The notes under the pieces are model-generated. The model was given only the letters and a program-made list of their open reading frames with translations. It was not told the DNA's origin and searched no databases. A stretch of 22,737 bases of DNA from a virus (Duplodnaviria; Heunggongvirae; Uroviricota; Caudoviricetes). The DNA is taken from the IMG/VR virus record IMGVR_UViG_2568526411_000004; one strand, 5' to 3'. The translations under genes were made by a program, and so were the position numbers. Below are positions 1 through 6,688 of this stretch, piece by piece. Each line of letters begins with the position of its first letter. The stretch's first letter is position 1.

Positions 1-613
1 CACGCCCTTGATACGAAACTAATTTTCCATTCAGATCTCGAACGGGAATGATGATGCGGTTATCAAAACTTTGGCGCTTCTTCTGACCGAATGAATCGAT
101 GTAAGAAAAAGAACCCTGCTGACAAAAACGCAGACCAAAAGCTTTAGCCGTCTCGATGCTAATGCCTCGATCAGCTAAATACTTCAAATTGTGAAGCTTT
201 GAGTCTTTACCGAGAATGGGCAACTCAAACGAAGCTGGAAAGTGCAGATTTCCCAACTTTGGTCGCTGGACTTCTTGTTTATGCTTCGGTTGCCAACCCT
301 GCTCCCTTGCAACGACCTTGATGTGTTCTGCAATTTCTTTATTGGTTAAATTGCCAAGCTCAGCTTTAATAAATGACCATTTAGAGAATTTAGCCTCACA
401 GTCACCATGAAAGCAGTTGCCCAAACCTGTCGTGGCCCCAATGTAGACCTTCCAATTCGCGTTACCGCAAACAGGACATTCCTTCAAGTTCAGCTGCACA
501 CCATTTCGACCACGAGTAACTTTATACTCAACGCCTTCACGATTTAGCCAATACTCAATATCAATGTGGTCGAGTATTTCGCCAAAATCTTCTTTTGACG
601 GTTGGCCACTCAT
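1..613 (-). CDS. Phage DNA primase (N-terminal Zn-binding domain plus start of DnaG-type catalytic domain); partial, runs off the left edge
   Basis: Not in the ORF track because no stop lies in the window. Manual translation from ATG at 613 (RBS AAGGGTG): MSGQPSKEDFGEILDHIDIEYWL...ECPVCGNANWKVYIG...NCFHGDC...YLADRGI...DNRIIIPVRDLNGKLVSYQGR. It has a CxxC/C-H-x-x-C zinc motif and the DnaG-like RIIxPxRDxxGxxxxxxGR motif, and lies downstream of the helicase. Confidence 0.88.
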   Translation of the reverse strand, partial: MSGQPSKEDFGEILDHIDIEYWLNREGVEYKVTRGRNGVQLNLKECPVCGNANWKVYIGATTGLGNCFHGDCEAKFSKWSFIKAELGNLTNKEIAEHIKVVAREQGWQPKHKQEVQRPKLGNLHFPASFELPILGKDSKLHNLKYLADRGISIETAKAFGLRFCQQGSFSYIDSFGQKKRQSFDNRIIIPVRDLNGKLVSYQGR

Positions 614-652
614 AATTTCACCCTTAAAAAATCACATAAGTAAATGTTAATG

Positions 653-681
653 AATAAAAATAGGGGTTACTTGAACCCCTA
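653..681 (-). terminator. Rho-independent terminator after the helicase/peptide genes
   Basis: Perfect 8-bp stem TAGGGGTT (661-668)/AACCCCTA (674-681), 5-nt loop, followed on the minus strand by TTTTTATT. Confidence 0.75.
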
Positions 682-689
682 TCTGGCAA

Positions 690-703
690 TGTCAGTTATG
701 ACT
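690..703. promoter_or_regulatory. Palindromic motif copy (TGTCAGTTATGACT, 1 mismatch to AGTCAGTnnTGACT)
   Basis: Intergenic, upstream of the primase gene; one of five copies in the window. Confidence 0.45.
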
Positions 704-715
704 AAAAGATCAAAC

Positions 716-799
716 TTAGCCCCCCGCCACAACCGCAATGCCTAGCATGACCTGCACAAAGATGAGCCAGATTTCAGTGATCTTTTTTGACTTTCGCAT
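716..799 (-). CDS. 27-aa putative membrane peptide MRKSKKITEIWLIFVQVMLGIAVVAGG
   Basis: ATG directly follows the helicase stop (TAAATG), consistent with translational coupling. Basic N-terminus followed by one hydrophobic segment. Confidence 0.5.
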   Translation of the reverse strand: MRKSKKITEIWLIFVQVMLGIAVVAGG

Positions 800-2197
800 T
801 TAGTCCACCCTTAAAATTCTCTCGATGAACTTCATACGAGATAAGTCTTGCTTAATAACGATTGTGAAACCTGCTTCTTGGTTACGTGATGCAGCAAAAT
901 ACAACCGCGCTTCACCGTTTTGACGCTCTTCTTCGGTTTTGTTAATCGAAATCATCAAATCCACGATACGCACTTTGTTAAAGTCGTCTGCTACGTGTTC
1001 TGCTTTGGCTACCGTTTGTTTACTACCATCACGATTCGATTGAGTCGCGGTTAGAACAGCGGCATTTTCTTCAAAGGCGATTGCACGAAGATCCACCCAG
1101 ACTTGCTTTGAGTTTTCGATTGGGTCTGATGTGCGGTAATTCGGCGCCATAATGTCTGCATAATCGACTACGATTAAATCGAAAGTTATTGGCGGTCGAA
1201 TTGTTCCATCCGGGTTACGAGCTGCACGCTTGTAAGACTGAATGAGATTTCGCAACTGATTGCCAGTCAATGTTCCTGATGCGTATTCATGAATACGCAA
1301 TTGACCAGATTCTTTAGCGAGCTTCTGAATTTGTTGCGCAACATCATTGGCTTTCACGCCAAGCTCTTTCATCATGGTGTCTGTAAGCGACGCATCAAAA
1401 CGATCCGCAATGATATTTGCGCCCACTTCTAAGGTTGCGTACAAAACGTTAAAACCTAACCATGAGGCAATTCGAGCAAAGTGAATTAAAGCTGTAGTTT
1501 TACCTGACTTTGGCCCACCCAAGAACGCATATAACTCTTTGCGCCCCCATCCTCGATGATATAAAAGCCCATCTAAACGAGGGTCGCCCGTCGATATACC
1601 CTGTGGAGGAAGAACGCCACTCACCTTCTCTATGCGCTCAACGGTACGTTGCTGGATGCGATCATGAGCAAAGAAGTCATAACCCGCGCCATCTTCATTA
1701 ATACCGACAGCAAGCGCTTCTTCAATGACAGGGTGAATCGCTTCGACTTTACATTTGTTAAGTAGATCGACCGCCTTCAAAATTGCAGTTTTCATCGCGA
1801 ATGTGCGAGCAAAATCCACCAATTTTTCTTCGACAAATTGACGGTTAGATAAGTCTGCTAACTGAACGTCTTTAGCTGCTTGAATAACAAGTGGCGTCAA
1901 CTCTCTACGAATGGCCCGCTTCGTTATTCTTTCTTTCAGCTGAGCGATTAAAGAAGCGTTATCTGGAGCGCAGTTGTATTTTTGAAAGTGGTCTAATGCG
2001 ACCGCAACCAACTGTCCTAGCCCTTCGTTTACGAAAAACTCAGGTTTTAACATCATGGCTGATCGACGCAAAAATTCACTATCACGCAAAGAAAGCGCTG
2101 CTATCTTCAACTGAAAAGCATCGTCAAACTCAAATTGATCTGTTACTGGCTGTTGTGCTGTGGCGGGCTGAGCCGCCGCAGTACTTTGAACTGACAT
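800..2197 (-). CDS. DnaB-like (SF4) replicative DNA helicase
   Basis: Walker A GGPKSGKT, catalytic region LYATLE, Walker B LIVVDYAD, TATQSNR motif and late FAASRNQ motif; RBS AAGGTG; adjacent to the primase. Confidence 0.92.
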   Translation of the reverse strand: MSVQSTAAAQPATAQQPVTDQFEFDDAFQLKIAALSLRDSEFLRRSAMMLKPEFFVNEGLGQLVAVALDHFQKYNCAPDNASLIAQLKERITKRAIRRELTPLVIQAAKDVQLADLSNRQFVEEKLVDFARTFAMKTAILKAVDLLNKCKVEAIHPVIEEALAVGINEDGAGYDFFAHDRIQQRTVERIEKVSGVLPPQGISTGDPRLDGLLYHRGWGRKELYAFLGGPKSGKTTALIHFARIASWLGFNVLYATLEVGANIIADRFDASLTDTMMKELGVKANDVAQQIQKLAKESGQLRIHEYASGTLTGNQLRNLIQSYKRAARNPDGTIRPPITFDLIVVDYADIMAPNYRTSDPIENSKQVWVDLRAIAFEENAAVLTATQSNRDGSKQTVAKAEHVADDFNKVRIVDLMISINKTEEERQNGEARLYFAASRNQEAGFTIVIKQDLSRMKFIERILRVD

Positions 2198-2206
2198 AGT
2201 TACACC

Positions 2207-2746
2207 TTAGCTTGGTCTTGGTGCAGTTGTCACCGCAGTAATCGGTGAGAACATTACCAAATTGTGTTTAAAAATCACTCGCACAGTGTAGGTTTTGCCG
2301 TCTTCATTCGGACACTCAAGCGAAATCGTTTCTTCATCTGAGGTTCGAATGGTTCCCGTGTACGTCATGCCATTGGTCAACGTCACTTCGATTGGACTTT
2401 GAGTCTCTTGTAAGTTGAACAAATATTTACGATGACCAGATAAGAAAGTTTTTTTGCTCTCTGTCTGATCATTACTAAAGATTCCCTTTCTCCACTCTTT
2501 TTGATCACGGAAACCATGACGCAATGTACCTTTTGGATGGTTGTAAGGGTGACGAAACTCTAAAGTGTCAGTAACCACAGGCGGCATAGCGGAGTTACCT
2601 ACCGCAAATCGCTCTTTTATGTATGGGTTTGGCACTTTCTGATCAATCGCTTGCCCGAATTCCTCATCAGGTTCGTTTTGCATCATCATACGACCATATT
2701 GTGCTTGAGAAATCATCTCATCCTGAGTATTCCAACCTTGAATCAT
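2207..2746 (-). CDS. Hfq/Sm-fold domain protein with a ~100-aa N-terminal extension
   Basis: Residues 104-168 align without gaps through Sm1 to E. coli Hfq (PIEVTLTNGMTYTGTIRTSDEETISL vs [26 protein letters not shown]) and carry the Sm2 signature IFKHNLVMFSP (vs VYKHAISTVVP). Strong RBS AAGGA 7 nt before the ATG. Confidence 0.8.
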   Translation of the reverse strand: MIQGWNTQDEMISQAQYGRMMMQNEPDEEFGQAIDQKVPNPYIKERFAVGNSAMPPVVTDTLEFRHPYNHPKGTLRHGFRDQKEWRKGIFSNDQTESKKTFLSGHRKYLFNLQETQSPIEVTLTNGMTYTGTIRTSDEETISLECPNEDGKTYTVRVIFKHNLVMFSPITAVTTAPRPS

Positions 2747-2782
2747 ATATAGTTCCTTCTATATTAAATACCCAATTAGTAT

Positions 2783-2796
2783 AGTCAGTACTGACT
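2783..2796. promoter_or_regulatory. Perfect palindrome AGTCAGTACTGACT (candidate operator)
   Basis: Lies ~37 nt upstream of the Hfq-like ATG. It is embedded in ATAGTCAGT-ACTG-ACTGACTAT, a second overlapping inverted repeat. Confidence 0.6.
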
Positions 2797-2814
2797 GACT
2801 ATTAAAAGAAATAT

Positions 2815-3555
2815 TTAAATGAATTTAGCTTCATTGATCGCCTCCTGAACAATGTCAAGATCAAACTCAGCAATGACCCTCTCGATTCTCAAGCACTCTT
2901 TCTCATAAAGACAATAAGACAAAGCATATTGAGGTAAACGTTTACGCTTAATTTGCTTAATCAAATAGTCCTCATAATCACGTTGAACTACACTGTTTGA
3001 GTAGTTTGCGACGTTGAAGTAGGGGCTACAAGCGTATTGAGTTACCGCCTCACATGTTTCCAACCAGTCTGCATACACTTTTTCGAACAGCTCTTCATTT
3101 TTAAGCATTGATGGGCGTGGTGGCATAATTCGACCGTTATAGATCATCTTATGCAAATGCTTCATTGCACTTGTAAAAAAGAACTCATATCTCATGCCGC
3201 AAGCATCTACCATTTGTCTTAAACGCCAAATTGTATTTCGCTCTTGAGTTGAGTCGAGAAAATCAACGTACTTACGCATTGGCTTTACAAAGTCTGCCTG
3301 CTCGCAGTTGATGTTTTGACGCCAAAAGTTTTTGTAAGCTTCGCTGTACAAGTGGAAAAAATAATAAGTGGCCATAAGTGGGTGCATGATTCTGTAATCA
3401 AACCACTTCTTATTCATCAGCTCTGTTTCAACTTTGAGATCCGCACGTTTAATGTTGCTTATAGTGAGGATTTCATAATGCTCAAATCGGAGATTGCCGT
3501 ACAAGAACGGCGGCAGGAAGTTTAGAAACTTCGACTTGGGTGAACTTGGGTGCAT
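2815..3555 (-). CDS. Conserved hypothetical phage-plasmid protein (replication-operon associated)
   Basis: 246-aa ORF between rep and the Hfq-like/helicase genes. The segment KWFDYRxMHPLMAT resembles, from memory, a conserved uncharacterised protein of SSU5/pHCM2-like phage-plasmids; function not assignable. Confidence 0.75.
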   Translation of the reverse strand: MHPSSPKSKFLNFLPPFLYGNLRFEHYEILTISNIKRADLKVETELMNKKWFDYRIMHPLMATYYFFHLYSEAYKNFWRQNINCEQADFVKPMRKYVDFLDSTQERNTIWRLRQMVDACGMRYEFFFTSAMKHLHKMIYNGRIMPPRPSMLKNEELFEKVYADWLETCEAVTQYACSPYFNVANYSNSVVQRDYEDYLIKQIKRKRLPQYALSYCLYEKECLRIERVIAEFDLDIVQEAINEAKFI

Positions 3556-3670
3556 CCGTGTGAATCACTATTAATAAATATTAACTAAGAGAGATTATAT
3601 AATTAATATAGTGATCGCGGTATTCATTCCCAAGTGCCCAAGTCGCGGAATACAAATGTTGCCAGCGGTA

Positions 3671-4519
3671 TTAAAATGGCAACTCTGGGTCGTCGTCATT
3701 GTTCGGTAGCAATTTGCTTGGATCTCCGCCGCCTTCGTTATCGTCCTCAAGTTCTTCTTGCTCAGGCTGTTCACCTTCAGGCAGCGCTTTCAATTTATGA
3801 CTAAAAGAATAGCCGATAGTTGCTCTCTTTTCCCCTCTTACAACTTCAAAGTCCATTTCAATATTAGTTTTACTTGTGACTTCTTTGACGGACTTTTTAA
3901 TTACTTGAGCTGTGAAAAACTTTAACTCTTTTGGGTCGGAATATTCATTGTCTGGCACGCCTAAGAAGTTTTTCATATAGCTAACTGTCAAGTCTGGCGT
4001 TTTGCCGCTTTTGCGCCACATCATCATTAGTTCATACATCCTAATCGAATGCATGGATGACAACCGACCAATATGTCGTAGGTTGTAATAAGTAAAACTT
4101 TTGCGAACATTCGCCAGCAAAGGAAGTACTGTTGTAGAAAATAGAATTTCAACACATTTTAACTCGTCGTTATAACGAGCGTCTTGTACCCAGTTAATAC
4201 CACCTACCCAACGGCCGGGGTCTGATTCTGTTTTAAGTCTTTTGTATTTCAACTTGGCATTAAGTAAATCATCGGGCGCATCTTTAATTGCTTTATACGA
4301 ACCCGACATGTCCGAACTTGAGCCATATAAATTGTGATAATCATGCGCTGTAATGCGAATGTAAGTATTCTCGCCAGACTTTAGCATGTTTTCTAAGAAC
4401 TTGTCCGTACCGGCTAATAATATAAGTCTATAAGCGATGACTGATACATTAAAAAAATGAGCCTGTGTTAAGTTATTGTGTTTCTTAACTTTTGGATTGC
4501 TTTTAACAATAGAGGACAT
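3671..4519 (-). CDS. Plasmid replication initiator, Rep_3 (RepB-type) family
   Basis: N-terminal VKKHNNLTQA, then the Rep_3-like ...ILFSTTVLPLL...FTYYNLRHIGRLSSMHSIRMYELM...F...VIKKSVKEVTSKT. Adjacent to iterons and DnaA boxes. Start moved from TTG 4537 to ATG 4519, which has an AGGGA RBS. Confidence 0.9.
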   Translation of the reverse strand: MSSIVKSNPKVKKHNNLTQAHFFNVSVIAYRLILLAGTDKFLENMLKSGENTYIRITAHDYHNLYGSSSDMSGSYKAIKDAPDDLLNAKLKYKRLKTESDPGRWVGGINWVQDARYNDELKCVEILFSTTVLPLLANVRKSFTYYNLRHIGRLSSMHSIRMYELMMMWRKSGKTPDLTVSYMKNFLGVPDNEYSDPKELKFFTAQVIKKSVKEVTSKTNIEMDFEVVRGEKRATIGYSFSHKLKALPEGEQPEQEELEDDNEGGGDPSKLLPNNDDDPELPF

Positions 4520-4563
4520 ATATTCCCTAACTTCCAATGATCACCAAGTACTGATGAAAAACT

Positions 4564-4575
4564 TAACTACCGAAA
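4564..4575. repeat. Isolated iteron core TAACTACCGAAA in the rep leader
   Basis: Identical to the 12-bp core of the iterons at 4739-4833; lies between the candidate promoter and the rep start. Confidence 0.75.
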
Positions 4576-4596
4576 TATTTTGTTTTGGCGTCATTA

Positions 4597-4625
4597 AGCC
4601 TACATTTGATAGTAATAAGTGTCAA
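4597..4625 (-). promoter_or_regulatory. Candidate sigma70 promoter for rep
   Basis: Minus strand: perfect -35 TTGACA (4625-4620), 17-bp spacer, -10 TAGGCT (4602-4597, retains TA---T). Confidence 0.5.
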
Positions 4626-4666
4626 AACCAATTTTTTAAGACTCAATCAGCTAAATATTAACCAAC

Positions 4667-4701
4667 TTACCCACAAAAACTGTGGATAACCATGTTGATA
4701 A
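4667..4701. promoter_or_regulatory. DnaA box cluster
   Basis: TTACCCACA (4667-4675, 8/9 match), TGTGGATAA (4681-4689, perfect TTATCCACA on the minus strand) and TGTTGATAA (4693-4701, 8/9 match), immediately next to the iterons. Confidence 0.8.
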
Positions 4702-4715
4702 CCACTGTATTTGGT

Positions 4716-4833
4716 GGAAAAAATGACTACCAAACTTTGGAATTTTTAACTACCGAAATTGGAATTTTTAACTACCGAAAATTTAAAAAACGGAATTTTT
4801 AACTACCGAAAACGGAAATAGTAACTACCGAAA
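4716..4833. repeat. Replication iterons (oriV): 20-bp GGAATTTTTAACTACCGAAA
   Basis: Exact copies at 4739-4758, 4761-4780 and 4792-4811; variant GGAAATAGTAACTACCGAAA at 4814-4833; degenerate copy at 4716-4735. Spacings are 23, 22, 31 and 22 bp, i.e. close to multiples of a helical turn. Confidence 0.92.
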
Positions 4834-4956
4834 ACAAGCTGAAACCTTTGCTACAAAAAGCTTTGAGGCATGTTCTATAAGTTATTATAAAATACCTACG
4901 GTATAGTATATAAACACTAGACGGTGTTTGATCATATGCAGGCATGTGATCTTATG

Positions 4957-5080
4957 AATAAATTTAAAATTTGAATTTAAATTTATTATTATAAAAAATT
5001 CCGCTTTGCTACATGTTATAGCAGGTTTAAAAATTTTAAATTTAAATTTGTTTAAACGTGTATCCATTTTAAAGTTTAAA
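4957..5080. other. Extremely AT-rich tract, likely DNA-unwinding element of the origin
   Basis: Runs such as AATAAATTTAAAATTTGAATTTAAATTTATT and TTTAAAAATTTTAAATTTAAATTTGTTTAAA; includes a 12-bp inverted repeat (4957-4968/4976-4987). Confidence 0.55.
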
Positions 5081-5205
5081 ACGCTCTAAAATCGTTTTTA
5101 AGCCCTGTTTATGAAAAATCGGTAAAGTTTATCAATCATCTTAAACAAAGCTTAAATTTGAGAAATTAGAGCGTTTTAGCAGGGTATTTTAAGCAAGCTT
5201 TACAC

Positions 5206-5364
5206 TCACTTAATTTTTTCACTGTGGATAACTGTTTCAGCTTGTTGTTTTGCTTTCTTGGTTGCATCGTTAGAACCAAGCAAGTAACTCCATGCACTCA
5301 CAATTACAAGAAGAACAACAACAAGAAAAACTTTGAGGGGTTTTGTTCCTTGAAGTAAGTGCAT
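5206..5364 (-). CDS. 52-aa single-pass membrane protein in the lysis cassette (MHLLQGTKPLKVFLVVVLLVIVSAWSYLLGSNDATKKAKQQAETVIHSEKIK)
   Basis: Below the ORF-track cutoff. ATG lies 3 nt after the endolysin stop; one strongly hydrophobic segment, then a charged helical tail. Confidence 0.65.
   Translation of the reverse strand: MHLLQGTKPLKVFLVVVLLVIVSAWSYLLGSNDATKKAKQQAETVIHSEKIK
5223..5231. promoter_or_regulatory. Perfect DnaA box (TGTGGATAA), distal side of the AT-rich tract
   Basis: Exact reverse complement of TTATCCACA; overlaps the end of the 52-aa ORF. Confidence 0.5.
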
Positions 5365-5367
5365 AGA

Positions 5368-5937
5368 TTAAGCCTCTGAAACACTCGTAACAGAAACGAT
5401 TTTTAGGACTGGTAAATCGTATCGGTGAGCAGCTGGTTTACTTGTTTTGCCATACCACATAAAGGCTTCAAAAGCCGAAACGTCATATACTGCAAAACAA
5501 ACTTTATTTGACTGATTACCACCTAAGCAAATTAATTTACCAGTAGGTGTTTTACCAACAACGAAAGTTACATGGCCACCGCCCTCTCTTGATTTTACCG
5601 CAACACACCCATAACAAGGCTTGTCTAATTTGACTCCGCCTTCTTTGATGTATTCAAGTGCGGCATACCAGTTGAAAGGATAAAAGCCTGGTGGGGCCTT
5701 TGTTCCTGATTTATAAGTTTTGGAACGCGAGTTTACACTTCCTCTTTGAAATCCCGCCGTTTGGAGACAGTGCGCAACGAATGTTCCGCACCATGCAGTT
5801 TCATCGTCAAGCCAAGAGGACTTTAAGTCCTTCAGCCATTTGATGATTGTCTGGTTGTGTTTGGGGCCGGCGATTTCAGCCAACCCTATGTGACGGCGAG
5901 CCTCTGCGATCCACGGTAATTCTGGATTTGCACTCAT
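5368..5937 (-). CDS. Endolysin, TIGR02594-type (CHAP/NlpC-P60-like Cys-His hydrolase)
   Basis: PWIAEARRHIGLAEIAGPKHN...DDETAWCGTFVAHCL...GGGHVTFVVG...LGGNQSNKV; directly downstream of the holin with TAATG overlap. Confidence 0.88.
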   Translation of the reverse strand: MSANPELPWIAEARRHIGLAEIAGPKHNQTIIKWLKDLKSSWLDDETAWCGTFVAHCLQTAGFQRGSVNSRSKTYKSGTKAPPGFYPFNWYAALEYIKEGGVKLDKPCYGCVAVKSREGGGHVTFVVGKTPTGKLICLGGNQSNKVCFAVYDVSAFEAFMWYGKTSKPAAHRYDLPVLKIVSVTSVSEA

Positions 5938-6254
5938 TATTCAACTCCTTTGATTTTTCGCACAAACTTGGCTTCTAACAAACGAATGAACTCTGAACCC
6001 AAATGCCCAGCTAGACCTGTACAGATTGCTGTCATAAATCCGGCAACTTGGAATTGAGCGCACAACAACCAACACAAAAGACCGGCAAATCCACTCATTG
6101 ATAAATGAATTGTTGCGCCGATAAATGTTGGTTTTTCACCCGCTTGAACTTTGCCCAAGTAGTTGACAATGCCTCCCCACATTGCCGTGATTGCAGCTAA
6201 CAGGACGTGCCACCACTGGACTTGATCGGTGCCTGTGCTGAATGGGTCTGTCAT
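5937..6254 (-). CDS. Holin (LydA-like/superfamily III type)
   Basis: Three hydrophobic segments, GGIVNYL...SGFAGLL...GLAGHLG motifs and a basic C-terminus; coupled to the endolysin. Start moved to ATG 6254 (AAGGAG RBS). Confidence 0.85.
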   Translation of the reverse strand: MTDPFSTGTDQVQWWHVLLAAITAMWGGIVNYLGKVQAGEKPTFIGATIHLSMSGFAGLLCWLLCAQFQVAGFMTAICTGLAGHLGSEFIRLLEAKFVRKIKGVE

Positions 6255-6280
6255 AATCTTCACTCCTTGAAGTTGAGTGA

Positions 6281-6310
6281 ATTATAAGCGGATTATTGAT
6301 TATTTGTAAG
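6281..6310 (-). promoter_or_regulatory. Candidate promoter of the lysis cassette
   Basis: Perfect -10 TATAAT (6286-6281); weak -35 (TTACAA at 17 bp or CTTACA at 18 bp) abutting the palindrome at 6309. Confidence 0.45.
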
Positions 6311-6322
6311 TCAGTAGTGACT
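6309..6322. promoter_or_regulatory. Palindromic motif copy AGTCAGTAGTGACT
   Basis: In the divergent intergenic region, touching the -35 region of the lysis promoter candidate. Confidence 0.6.
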
Positions 6323-6381
6323 GAATATATTGCTATTTAAATTGATTTGTATTAATCATGAACTTATATTTTATTAAATTG

Positions 6382-6399
6382 AGTCAGTAAGTAGTGACT
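6382..6399. promoter_or_regulatory. Palindromic motif copy (AGTCAGTAAGTAGTGACT; 6386-6399 is a 1-mismatch copy)
   Basis: Second copy in the same intergenic region, upstream of the plus-strand ORF. Confidence 0.5.
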
Positions 6400-6461
6400 T
6401 ATGAATTTATTCTGGTTAAAATCAAATCTCCGTAAAACTCATTCATGGATGAATATTGAGT

Positions 6462-6638
6462 ATGAAAACTATCACTCGCGAGGAAGCGAATTTAACAACT
6501 TGGTTGCTTGGTCAAGTAAGTTTGGTTGAGAGTCAAACAGGACGAAAGGTTGAAAAGTTGGAATTAACATATGACGGCGTTACCGGCGAGAATGGCATCA
6601 ATTTAATTCTCGAAGAGCAACCAACGGCTTCAGTCTAA
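6462..6638 (+). CDS. 58-aa acidic hypothetical protein, the only plus-strand phage gene
   Basis: ATG at 6462 (the track starts at TTG 6456); ends just before a bidirectional terminator; globular-looking composition. Confidence 0.65.
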   Translation: MKTITREEANLTTWLLGQVSLVESQTGRKVEKLELTYDGVTGENGINLILEEQPTASV

Positions 6639-6659
6639 TTGCCCTAGAACGAAGCCAAT

Positions 6660-6687
6660 AAAAAGCCCACATTGCGTGGGCTTTTTT
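6660..6687. terminator. Bidirectional rho-independent terminator
   Basis: AAAAAGCCCAC-ATTGC-GTGGGCTTTTTT between convergent genes; A-tract and T-tract on either side. Confidence 0.88.
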
Positions 6688-6688
6688 A

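Noticed and set aside
216-2199. Plus-strand ORFs 216-410, 1510-1701 and 1891-2199
   Set aside because: Antisense to the primase and helicase, which have clear family motifs.
4476-4661. 61-aa plus-strand ORF
   Set aside because: Antisense to the rep start and leader; no RBS or protein-like features.
4716-4833. Direct repeats considered as a CRISPR array
   Set aside because: Gaps of only 2-11 bp, non-palindromic 20-bp units, no cas genes, and adjacent to rep and DnaA boxes: these are iterons.
4885-5067. 60-aa minus-strand ORF in the origin region
   Set aside because: F/K/N/I-rich composition reflects the AT-rich tract; no convincing RBS; overlaps the likely unwinding element.
4840-5200. Possible pdif (XerC/XerD) site near the replicon
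   Set aside because: No match to the XerD arm TTATGTTAAAT paired with a XerC arm across a 6-bp spacer.
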